This document shows, one piece after another, positions 1 to 8,525 of a DNA stretch of 64,000 nt. The stretch spans positions 768,001 through 832,000 of the forward strand of contig CAWHAE010000012.1 in the NCBI GenBank assembly GCA_963827235.1, written 5' to 3'. The DNA is from an uncultured bacterium. Its GTDB lineage: Bacteria; Chloroflexota; UBA5177; JANWHV01. Below the pieces are notes generated by a model, which made no database searches, was not told where the DNA came from, and saw nothing but the letters and a program-made list of their open reading frames with translations. The number at the start of each line of letters is the position of its first letter. Position 1 is the stretch's first letter. The position numbers were made by a program, and so were the translations under genes.

Positions 1-305
1 CAGGCGTGCTTCGCCGCTACCTGCAGCTGGCCCTACCGCTCGCGCGCCCGGCGATGGCTACGGTTGCCGTGTACACGTTCATCAACAACTGGAACAACTT
101 CGTGCTGCCGCTGGTGTTGACCCAGAGCGACGACGAGCGCACCCTGCCGCTTGCCGTTTGGAACTATCAAGGCCAATACGGTATGAACGTGCCCATGGTG
201 CTCACCGTGGTTGTGCTCTCCACTCTGCCGCTCCTCGTGTTCTACATCTTGCAACGTCGCAATTTCATCGAGGGCCTCACTGCCGGCGCGCTCAGCGCGA
301 CATAG
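1..305 (+). CDS. Carbohydrate ABC transporter permease, C-terminal part (truncated by window edge)
   Basis: LPLARPAMATVAVYTFINNWNNF...RTLP...FIEGLTAGA is the typical MalG-type permease C-terminus. Confidence 0.9.
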   Translation, partial: GVLRRYLQLALPLARPAMATVAVYTFINNWNNFVLPLVLTQSDDERTLPLAVWNYQGQYGMNVPMVLTVVVLSTLPLLVFYILQRRNFIEGLTAGALSAT

Positions 306-496
306 CCCGATGATGCTTGCTCAGGGGATTGCCGATACGCGCTACCCTTTAGCCAACAGTCTTGGCTGCGCTACCATTCCCGACTCCGGAGCGGAGCGCG
401 GCCGGGCGCTACAGAAACATGCCTCGTGTCCACTTAACCTGGCGAGCGCCCGGCGAGGCCGGCCGGCGTCGGAAGTGAAGAACAGGATGAATCGGA

Positions 497-2887
497 ATGG
501 CACTGCCGCAATATCGTGATTCCCAGCAACCGCTCGAGACACGTATCGAAGATCTGATCGGCCGCATGAGTGTCGACGAGAAGCTCGCCCAGCTCGGCTG
601 CCTATGGAGTACCGACCTCGTCAGAGACGGCACACTGGATGTCGAGGTGGTTGCCGCGAAGATGCCCCACGGGATCGGCCAGATCACCCGCATCGGCGCC
701 TCGACCGGCCTACGGCCGCGTGAGAGCGCGCAGTTCATGAACGCGGTGCAGCACGTCGCCGTGGAGCGAACGCGTCTCGGCATCCCCGTGGTCGTGCACG
801 AGGAGTCGGCCGGTGGATTCTGCCATCGCGATGCCACGACTTTTCCGCAGGCCCTGGGTCTTGCTGCCACCTGGAACGCCGATCTCCTCGGCCGAGTGGC
901 ACACGCGATCGGCGAGGAGATGCGGGCCGTCGGTGCGCGCGTGGCACTGGCTCCCGTCCTGGACGTGGCACGCGACCCGCGCTGGGGCCGCGTCGAGGAA
1001 ACGTACGGCGAGGACCCGGTGCTTGCCGGCGTACTCGGTGTTGCCTATGTGCGCGGTCTGCAGGGCGATGACCTCCGTCACGGCGTCGTCGCCACCGGCA
1101 AGCACTTCCTCGGCTACGCCATGTCCGAGGGTGGGCGCAACTGGGGTCCAGTGCATCTCGGTCCCCGCGAGGTGCGCGACGTCTATGCGGAGCCCTTTGC
1201 CGCCGCCATACGCGAGTCCGGGCTGGCTGCCGTCATGAACTCCTACGCCTCCCTCGACGGCCTTCCTTGCGCGGGCAGCCACGAAATCCTGACGCGGCTG
1301 CTGCGCGACGAGCTTGGCTTCGACGGCGTGGTACTCGCCGACTACTTCTCAGTGGCGCAGCTCTTCGAACATCACCACATTGCCGGCAGCCTGGGAGAAG
1401 CGGCCTGTCTCGCCTTGCAGGCCGGGCTCGACATGGAGCTACCGGCGCTCAGGTGCTTCGGCGACCCGCTGAAGGAAGAGCTGAAGGCCGGCCGCATGTC
1501 TCTCGATATCGTAGACACCGCGGTGCGGCGTGTGCTTCGTATGAAGTTCTCTCTGGGTCTGTTCGAGCAGCCGTATGTCGACGTTGACCTGGCGCCATCG
1601 TGCTTCGATACTCCCGTCCATCGGCAGCTTGCACGCGCGGCCGCCGCCCAATCGGTCGTTCTCCTCTCCAATGACGGTGTACTGCCCATTGCCGGCGGCG
1701 TCCGCCGCATCGCGATCATTGGCCCGGGAGCCGCGGATCAGCGGCTGCTGCAAGGCGATTACCACTATCCGGCACACCTGGAAATGATCTACGCCGCACC
1801 GCCGCCCTCCGCGCATACGACGGGCATCGATCAGCTGCCTCGTGCCGGCGGTGCCTACGCGCCCGGACCGTATTTCACGCCTCATGTTACTCCGCTCGCC
1901 GGTCTCAAAGCCGCGCTCGCCGGTGGCATCGAGGTCGTATACGCGCAGGGATTCGGGGTGCTAGGCGAGGATCGCTCGGGCTTCGAGGAGGCCGTGCGCG
2001 CAGCACGCGACGCGCAGATTGCCGTAGTCGTCGTGGCCGGGAAGAGCGGTCTCATGCGCCCGGTCACTGTCGGCGAAGGCAACGACGCCACGGACCTGGA
2101 TCTGACGGGCGCGCAGCAGGAGCTCGTAGATGCCGTCGCGGACACGGGAACTCCCCTGGTCCTGGTCGTGATGAGCGGCCGCGTGCACACGCTCGAACGG
2201 GTCGTCAACCGCGCGAACGCCGCCATATGGCTCGCCCCAGCGGGCGAAGAGGGTGGCACCGGCCTGGCAGATATCTTGACCGGTGCCGTGAACCCAAGCG
2301 GCCGTCTACCGGTCAGCCTGCCACATGCCGTCGGCCAGGTCCCTGTGCACGTCGGAGTTCGTGCCGGCGGAACCCGCGCCATGTTCTTCGGCGACTATAC
2401 TGATGCACCGGCCACTCCCTTGTTCCCATTCGGACATGGCTTGAGCTATACGAGATTCAGCTACAGCAACATGGCAGTGCGCGGCACGGACACGGTGAGC
2501 GCGATCCAGGTTGGCATCACGGTGCGCAACGAGGGCGACCGTGACGGCGACGAGGTCGTGCAGGTCTACTGCCGCGACATGGTGGCATCAGTGGCGCGAC
2601 CCGAGCGCATGCTGGTCGGTTTCGCCCGTCTGTCGCTGGCGGCCCATCAGGCGCAACGCTGCGTCTTCACAGTCCATCCGTCTCGCTTGGCTTTCTTCGA
2701 TCGGGATATGAGCCTGGTCACCGAGCCGGGCGAGTTCGTCTTCTCGGTCGGCGCCTCCTCGGCCGATATCCGGGCCGAGTTGGCCGTGACGCTGTCGGGC
2801 GAGAAAATCACGTTCAGGCAGCCGGAAATCGTGGCGACCCAAGTTGACGTTGCCGGTTGCGGCGATCGGGCGAGCGACGTCAACTGA
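497..2887 (+). CDS. Glycoside hydrolase family 3 (beta-glucosidase/beta-xylosidase) with C-terminal Fn3-like domain
   Basis: RDPRWGRVEETYGEDP, KHF, LRDELGFDGVVLADY (nucleophile Asp), PSGRLP, PLFPFGHGLSYT, EVVQVY motifs. Confidence 0.95.
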   Translation: MALPQYRDSQQPLETRIEDLIGRMSVDEKLAQLGCLWSTDLVRDGTLDVEVVAAKMPHGIGQITRIGASTGLRPRESAQFMNAVQHVAVERTRLGIPVVVHEESAGGFCHRDATTFPQALGLAATWNADLLGRVAHAIGEEMRAVGARVALAPVLDVARDPRWGRVEETYGEDPVLAGVLGVAYVRGLQGDDLRHGVVATGKHFLGYAMSEGGRNWGPVHLGPREVRDVYAEPFAAAIRESGLAAVMNSYASLDGLPCAGSHEILTRLLRDELGFDGVVLADYFSVAQLFEHHHIAGSLGEAACLALQAGLDMELPALRCFGDPLKEELKAGRMSLDIVDTAVRRVLRMKFSLGLFEQPYVDVDLAPSCFDTPVHRQLARAAAAQSVVLLSNDGVLPIAGGVRRIAIIGPGAADQRLLQGDYHYPAHLEMIYAAPPPSAHTTGIDQLPRAGGAYAPGPYFTPHVTPLAGLKAALAGGIEVVYAQGFGVLGEDRSGFEEAVRAARDAQIAVVVVAGKSGLMRPVTVGEGNDATDLDLTGAQQELVDAVADTGTPLVLVVMSGRVHTLERVVNRANAAIWLAPAGEEGGTGLADILTGAVNPSGRLPVSLPHAVGQVPVHVGVRAGGTRAMFFGDYTDAPATPLFPFGHGLSYTRFSYSNMAVRGTDTVSAIQVGITVRNEGDRDGDEVVQVYCRDMVASVARPERMLVGFARLSLAAHQAQRCVFTVHPSRLAFFDRDMSLVTEPGEFVFSVGASSADIRAELAVTLSGEKITFRQPEIVATQVDVAGCGDRASDVN

Positions 2888-2904
2888 CGGAGAGCCCGAG
2901 GTGC

Positions 2905-2942
2905 ATGAGCCGGATTCTCCGCGCGCGGAGAATCCGGCTCAT
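2905..2942. repeat. Perfect 38-bp palindrome with no spacer, between convergent genes (likely bidirectional terminator)
   Basis: ATGAGCCGGATTCTCCGCG|CGCGGAGAATCCGGCTCAT read directly. Confidence 0.85.
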
Positions 2943-2968
2943 AAGACTATTTCGCGAGCGCGACGGGC

Positions 2969-3316
2969 TCAATCCTGCTTGACGATGCCGAAGATATTGC
3001 CCGCCGGATCGCTGAACAGCGCAAACGTCACCATGCCCGGCACCTCTGTCGGCGGGACAACTGTCGTGCCGCCGAGCTGCGCCACCTTGTCCAGTGTTGC
3101 CTGCAGATCCGGTACTCCGGCGTAGATCACCGGCTGTTTCGGTTCGTCGGAAGTGTAGATGCCGCCGTCAACGCTCCCGCTGCCGCCCGTATTGATCATG
3201 CCGTAGCCCATGGAGTTGTCCGCGTCGACCTTCCAATCAAACAGCTCGGCGTAGAAGCTCTGCAGCGCCTTGCCGTCATTACCCGCCAACTCCCACCAGA
3301 CTATTGGTCGCGCCAT
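2969..3316 (-). CDS. VOC/glyoxalase family protein
   Basis: IVWWEL...FYAELFDW...GG..VVPP.EVPG..FALFSDPAGNIFGI pattern; GAGGAG RBS upstream. Confidence 0.9.
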   Translation of the reverse strand: MARPIVWWELAGNDGKALQSFYAELFDWKVDADNSMGYGMINTGGSGSVDGGIYTSDEPKQPVIYAGVPDLQATLDKVAQLGGTTVVPPTEVPGMVTFALFSDPAGNIFGIVKQD

Positions 3317-3787
3317 GACACATTTCTCCTCGTCTCAGTGGTCTCGATCCCGGCGCTGCACACTCAGGCACTGCCGGCCGCTCTTGCGTGCCGGTGCGCC
3401 GGGGTGGGTCGCCGGCCTTACTGGGCGAACGGGGCCCCGGATAGTTCACTTGGGGACATCGGTCGTGATCGCGAACGCCATCGCACCGCCGCTAAACGGC
3501 ACCGGACGCTCGCCTGTGTGGCGCCAGTCACAAGGGCATCGTACGCCAGGCGACCGCAGCCGTCGACGACTCTTTCGACGTGTTTTCCACCGCGAGAGAA
3601 CGTGCAGTCCGACCGCTCGCATCCAGATAGGCGGGGTCGTCTTGGCTCCCCCGCAGGTAGCGGGTAGATCTCGTCATTGAGATCGGCATTCCATACTGCG
3701 AGAATGGTGGCGCGATGGCACGGTCGGTGGCCGCCGCCACCACGCCGCCATCGAGCATGTGGCCCGAGCAGTCAGGAGGTCAATCCG

Positions 3788-5182
3788 GTGTACAAGTGGC
3801 TGGCTGTCTTGGGCGCGGGTGCGCTGATTGTGGCGGGACAGGATACCGGCGCGCACGCGCGCGACGTGATGCGCGCGGTTGCCTCCTCGCCCGTAGCGGG
3901 CGCTCCCGGTTGTCCGATCTTCCCCGCCGACAACGTCTGGAACGCCGACGTTTCCGCCCTGCCTACGGCGACCGATTCGGCGGCGATGATCAGCTCGATT
4001 GGCACGGGAACCGGTCTGCACCCCGATTTCGGATCGAATCTGAGCTACGGCATTCCCTACAATGTGGTCGCAGGCAGCCAGGCCAAGGTCCCGGTGACCT
4101 TTGACTATGCCGGCGAGTCCGACCCGGGTCCATACCCGATTCCGTCCAGTCCGCAGATCGAGGCAGGCAGTGACGCCCATATGCTGATCGTGGACAAGGA
4201 CAACTGCTACCTCTACGAGATGTGGGACACGCGCCAGGTGAACGGGCAGTGGCAGGCCGGCTCAGGTGCAATTTGGAACCTGCGATCCAACGCCCTGCGA
4301 CCCGACGGCTGGACCAGCGCCGATGCCGCCGGGCTGCCCATCCTGCCAGGTCTCGTGCGTTACGAGGAGGTCGCCGGCGGGGTAATCGATCATGCTCTGC
4401 GGTTTACGGCGGCACACACGCAAAGCGCGCACATCTACCCCGCCCGCCACGATGCCGGTGTGGCCAACGCCGCCTATCCGCCCATGGGTCTGCGTGTGCG
4501 CCTCAAGGCGTCAATATCGATCAGCGGCTTCACGCCACAGGTCCAGGTACTGCTGACCGCGCTGAAGAAGTACGGCATGATCCTGGCCGACAATGGTTCG
4601 AACTGGTACATCTCCGGCGTGTCCAATCCCAGCTGGAACGACGACGACCTCCATAAGATCAACCAGATAGTGGGGTCCGATTTCGAGGTCGTGGACACCA
4701 GCTCGCTCGTCAACGGCCCCGACCCTTCAACGACCACGCCGACTGCCGCTGGACAGACCCTGACCGGGACGCCCACGGTCACCGCGACACCCACCTCCAG
4801 CCCGTCGCCCGCTGTGACCGCTACCGGGACGCCGACCGCGCCACCCACCGCGACAACCGTCCCCTCGAGCACGCCGACCCGTGCGGCCACCTCCACAACA
4901 GTTCGCACCTCCATACCCAGCCCATCGCGGACGCCGCTGCGGACCGCGACATCCACTGCCACCCGCACGCGCACCGCGGCCCCGTCGCGAACGCCTACGC
5001 GGACCGCAGTGCCATCACGAACTCCCACTCGCACCGCGGCTCCATCACGCCCGCCAACGCGGGCGGCGGTTCCGTCGCGCACGCCCACACGTACCGCGGT
5101 TCCGTCGCGTAGCCGGACCCGCACGGCGACGCCCACGGCGACCGTTGCCAGACGCCACTTCCATCACGGGCACACGCGCTAG
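3788..5182 (+). CDS. Secreted conserved hypothetical protein with Pro/Thr/Arg-rich repeat tail
   Basis: GTG start at 3788 after AGGAGGT; signal-peptide-like N-terminus; globular domain (FPADNVWN, GWTSADAAGLP, HALRFT, LKKYGMILADNG); long PT-rich tail. Confidence 0.8.
   Translation: MYKWLAVLGAGALIVAGQDTGAHARDVMRAVASSPVAGAPGCPIFPADNVWNADVSALPTATDSAAMISSIGTGTGLHPDFGSNLSYGIPYNVVAGSQAKVPVTFDYAGESDPGPYPIPSSPQIEAGSDAHMLIVDKDNCYLYEMWDTRQVNGQWQAGSGAIWNLRSNALRPDGWTSADAAGLPILPGLVRYEEVAGGVIDHALRFTAAHTQSAHIYPARHDAGVANAAYPPMGLRVRLKASISISGFTPQVQVLLTALKKYGMILADNGSNWYISGVSNPSWNDDDLHKINQIVGSDFEVVDTSSLVNGPDPSTTTPTAAGQTLTGTPTVTATPTSSPSPAVTATGTPTAPPTATTVPSSTPTRAATSTTVRTSIPSPSRTPLRTATSTATRTRTAAPSRTPTRTAVPSRTPTRTAAPSRPPTRAAVPSRTPTRTAVPSRSRTRTATPTATVARRHFHHGHTR
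4967..5116 (+). repeat. Five tandem 30-bp/10-aa coding repeats, consensus TRTA[AV]PSRTP
   Basis: TRTAAPSRTP TRTAVPSRTP TRTAAPSRPP TRAAVPSRTP TRTAVPSRSR; codons differ synonymously between units. Confidence 0.9.
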
Positions 5183-5332
5183 CCGGTGCGGCACTCTCGC
5201 TCTCCGGGAGTGGGGCCCGCGCCTTCCGGCCGGACGGCCACAGGGTGAATTCCGTAGCGCTCTACCGGCTCTGACGCCGGCCGGCGCGGCGACAACCCGT
5301 AATTCGCGCGCTTCGGCATCACGGGACCCTGC

Positions 5333-6700
5333 TCAGCGCGACGAGGAGGCGGGATGGCGCTCGTAGAGCACGATGTCATCCTGGCGTGCGACCAGCCGCC
5401 AGGCCGGGTCACGCTCGATGGCCGCGATGGCCTGCAGTCGCTTCGCCTCGGTCGGCGACCGCTCGTCGAGGTCGAACAGCAAAGCCTGAGCTTGCTGATA
5501 GCCGGTGAAGAAGTGGGTAACCCACCTTCGCTCGGTCAGATGCGCTCCCATCTGGTTGTCTACTGCCAGGGCCACGTTGGGCGGCACTAGACTCACAAGA
5601 TGCGACATGGCCTCCTCGCGCGGTCCCATGCGGTAGTCCGCGGCCACGAAGCCTTGCTGGCCCGGCAACGGTCCAATGAGCATGCCTTCCACCATCACGG
5701 CGAGCAGAAGCAGGGCGGAGACGCCGAGACGACGCTGGGCAGGCAGCCGGCAGAGTGCGTAGATGGCGGTGGCGAAGAGCAGCGGAATGATCGGAGCCGC
5801 GTAGTGGTAGTGAATGTCATACTGCAAAGGATAGGTGCTCAGCAGCGTGTAACCGATCGTGGGAAGGATCAGGACGACCGGCCACCCTCCCAACAGCGGC
5901 AGAAACAGCAGTGGAGCCATCAGGAGGCCAAGGTAGCCGAGCTTGGCGCCGTCCAAGAACCGCAGGAGATAGCTCGGGTCGAGCGTGCCGTTGCGAAGCA
6001 GCCCGCCCTGATAGCGTCCTTCGAAGAGGTAGGGACCGCCGCGGATGTGTGGGATCGCCCAGTAGATCACTCCCGCCGTCCAGCCCAGGCCGAGGCCAAT
6101 CAGCGCCAGGCCGGCATGGTGTTGCCGTTTGCCGAGGAGGACGTAGACGCCGAACCCGGCAGTAATCAGGCCGACCTCCTCCTTGAAGAGAAGGGCGATG
6201 CAGAGCAGGACGGCGGCCGTCCTGAAGCGACCGGCGTCGAGACGCTCGATCGCCCAAGCAAGGAAGGGCACCGCCAGCACGATCTCGTGGAAGTCGAACA
6301 GGTTTGCGAACGCCAGGGATGGGTAAAGGAGATAGGCTAAGCCCAGAATGGCGGCTATGCGCTCGTCACCCGTACGTCTGGCGGCCAGCACGTAGACGGG
6401 CACGACACCGGCCGCGAGAAACAGCGTCTGGAAAACCAGCAGGGTATAGACTGAGGGGAACAGCGAGATCCGGGATGGCAAGGAGCGCAATGCCGGGGCT
6501 GAAGTGCTGGCCCAGGAACACATGGTTGCCCTGCACAAGGGGTCGAGGGTATCCCAGAACCAATGGCCGTGCGCCGTGTTCCATATCACCTGGTCGAAGA
6601 TGCCGAGATCGATCAGCGAGGAATGATAGGTGCCGTGCTTGAGACAACTGAGGGTGATCAGCGTCGCACAGTAGCAGAGCAGGGCGGCGCATAGGATCAC
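5333..6700 (-). CDS. DUF2079-type polytopic membrane protein (GT-C-like glycosyltransferase); compensating frameshifts near 6470-6540
   Basis: DLGIFDQVIWN, FDFHE, KEE, YHY motifs; the expected LGQHFSP segment lies in another frame (ORF 6366..6692). Confidence 0.8.
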   Translation of the reverse strand: MILCAALLCYCATLITLSCLKHGTYHSSLIDLGIFDQVIWNTAHGHWFWDTLDPLCRATMCSWASTSAPALRSLPSRISLFPSVYTLLVFQTLFLAAGVVPVYVLAARRTGDERIAAILGLAYLLYPSLAFANLFDFHEIVLAVPFLAWAIERLDAGRFRTAAVLLCIALLFKEEVGLITAGFGVYVLLGKRQHHAGLALIGLGLGWTAGVIYWAIPHIRGGPYLFEGRYQGGLLRNGTLDPSYLLRFLDGAKLGYLGLLMAPLLFLPLLGGWPVVLILPTIGYTLLSTYPLQYDIHYHYAAPIIPLLFATAIYALCRLPAQRRLGVSALLLLAVMVEGMLIGPLPGQQGFVAADYRMGPREEAMSHLVSLVPPNVALAVDNQMGAHLTERRWVTHFFTGYQQAQALLFDLDERSPTEAKRLQAIAAIERDPAWRLVARQDDIVLYERHPASSSR

Positions 6701-6814
6701 GCGAGGCGGGTTGCAGCGGACTCTCAGCTAGATGCTCCTGCCGGCTCGAAGTGCGGACCCGGTCCAGATGGAGATGATAGCCCGTTGCGTTTGAGCGAGC
6801 AAGGAGCAGAGTGA

Positions 6815-7135
6815 ATGCGAGGAATCCTCTATTACGTCGACGGACCGCGGCCTGTCGAGCTCCAGGGCCTGGAGCGCCTGGTCTTCGAGGACCTCACGGT
6901 ACCGGAAGCTCAGGTGCTGATGACCGTGCCCGCGGTAAGATTGCCCGGACTGCCGCTGGGAACGACGACCGTTCGCGGGCGAGTATTCAACCGCCATGAG
7001 GATAATCGCGTGCTGATTCGCAACTCCTGGGGCATTACTGATGTGCACGTGGCCGCCAGGCAGCACGTTGTCACAATGCTGCTGCCGGTGGACGATCTGG
7101 AAACCCTAGAGCAGGGAGAGCAGAAGGATGCCTGA
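6815..7135 (+). CDS. Hypothetical protein (106 aa) overlapping the mutM start
   Basis: AAGGAG RBS; beta-rich protein-like composition; 8-nt overlap with mutM. Confidence 0.65.
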   Translation: MRGILYYVDGPRPVELQGLERLVFEDLTVPEAQVLMTVPAVRLPGLPLGTTTVRGRVFNRHEDNRVLIRNSWGITDVHVAARQHVVTMLLPVDDLETLEQGEQKDA

Positions 7136-7958
7136 GCTGCCTGAAGTGCAGACGATCGTGGACCAGCTCCAGGAGCGGCTTCCCGGCAACCGCTTTGCGC
7201 CCGGCGCCGAGTTTCTCTGGCCCGGCACAGCGGGCTACCCCGGTGCAGGCGAGCTGGCCGCACGCCTCGCGGGCAGACGCGTCGTGCACGTCGGCCGGCG
7301 CGCCAAGTACATCCTGATCGAGCTGGACGACGGCATGCTCACTCGTTGTGCACCTTCGCATGACCGGCAATCTCCACTTCGCAGCGCCGGACGACCCGTT
7401 TCACCCCTACCTTCGCGTGCGCCTGCCCCTGGAAAGCGGGACCGGAATTCCGCTTTCGCCGACATGCGCAAGTTCGGACGCTTCTATGTAGGCACGCCAG
7501 CGGAGCTCGATGCGGTGATCCCCTCGGACGGATCGGACCGGAGCCCTTCGACGAGGCGTTCACGGCCGCCGTCGCTCGGCGAACGGCTGGCCGGGCGGCG
7601 TGGGCCGATCAAGTCCGCGCTGCTCGACCAGACGGGTGCTCGCCGGACTAGGGAACATCTATGCCGACGAGGCCCTGTTCCGAGCCGGCATTCATCCCTT
7701 GCGCGCGGCCGGCTCGCTGGCGGCGCGAGAGCTCGAAGCCTTCACGGCGGCATTGTGGCCGCGTTGAGCGAGGCTCTCGCCAATCGCGGCACCAGCTTTC
7801 GGAACTATCTCAGCGCCTCGGGGGAGCCCGGCGACAACGAGCCCAACCTGATGGTCTTCCGCAGGCACGGCAGGCCCTGTCCCAGATGCGGCACGCTACT
7901 GGAGCGCATCGCGGTGGCCGCGCGCGGAACGCACTACTGTCCCGGCTGCCAACGATAG
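7128..7958 (+). CDS. mutM: Formamidopyrimidine-DNA glycosylase (Fpg/MutM); internal compensating frameshifts
   Basis: MPELPEV N-terminus, RRAKY, DMRKFG, C-terminal [15 protein letters not shown] zinc finger; HLRMTG and [12 protein letters not shown] are present in shifted frames. Confidence 0.93.
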   Translation: MPELPEVQTIVDQLQERLPGNRFAPGAEFLWPGTAGYPGAGELAARLAGRRVVHVGRRAKYILIELDDGMLTRCAPSHDRQSPLRSAGRPVSPLPSRAPAPGKRDRNSAFADMRKFGRFYVGTPAELDAVIPSDGSDRSPSTRRSRPPSLGERLAGRRGPIKSALLDQTGARRTREHLCRRGPVPSRHSSLARGRLAGGARARSLHGGIVAALSEALANRGTSFRNYLSASGEPGDNEPNLMVFRRHGRPCPRCGTLLERIAVAARGTHYCPGCQR

Positions 7959-8033
7959 CCGCATCCTTCGTCGCGCTCGTTTCCACGGAGAATAGCGATT
8001 ACGCTCCCCTTTGCGGCAGGAGATTACAGATCG

Positions 8034-8062
8034 TTAACATTTGAGGCATACAGTGATAACAT
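8034..8062 (+). promoter_or_regulatory. Candidate sigma70 promoter (TTAACA-17 bp-TAACAT, extended -10 TG)
   Basis: Hexamers at 8034-8039 and 8057-8062 in an AT-richer intergenic stretch. Confidence 0.5.
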
Positions 8063-8067
8063 AGTGA

Positions 8068-8200
8068 AGGCATACTGGTACCAAGAGGTGAATGCCTGAC
8101 CGAAGTACTCTGAACTTTCTCCCCCCGGTTCTGGCAGCCAAAAGCCGCCAGTACTCATCTTCTCCGCGCCGTCTCTGCGCGCACCAGAGACGGCGCAACT
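8068..8200 (+). ncRNA. Candidate small RNA or structured leader
   Basis: Follows the promoter; AGGCAT/ATGCCT stem, AGTACT/AGTACT-closed domain, two TTCTCC motifs, ends in a 12-bp hairpin. Confidence 0.35.
8166..8196 (+). terminator. 12-bp GC hairpin
   Basis: GCGCCGTCTCTG-cgcgcac-CAGAGACGGCGC; no U-tract. Confidence 0.5.
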
Positions 8201-8525
8201 GTGTCCGGCCATGCCATGCTCTTGCATATTGCGCAGGCCGAGCGCAAAGTATTGCGTAAAGGACACGATGTGTGAGACACTAGGTGCTAGACGTAGTGTG
8301 CTAGCCCGATCGGTGCGCAGGTCGGAAAGGCAGCTGGTGACGGTCGCCGACTCATTTAGTGAGAGTTCGCGACTAATCCTCCGATCGCTATCGAAGAGCA
8401 CGCTACCGCGATGTATACTATTTGATGGCTAGTAGCCCTGGGGGCGCAATGCGCTAGGTGCGCTGCGCAGTGGACGGTGTTCTCTGGGCTCTACTGCTGA
8501 GGCTGGTTATTCACCAGACAGTGCG

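Noticed and set aside
4967-5116. 30-bp periodic repeats (and the 57-bp ones at 15895-16045) as a CRISPR array
   Set aside because: In-frame coding repeats without unique spacers; no cas genes
5181-5270. Possible multibranch RNA between convergent genes
   Set aside because: Short GC-rich stems only; most simply terminator-like or chance
8334-8356. GCAGGTCGGAAAGGCAGC-like stretch (about 8317-8335) resembling SRP RNA helix 8
   Set aside because: The bases flanking GGAA do not pair as in CAGGUCC-GGAA-GGAAGCAGC and there is no long enclosing helix
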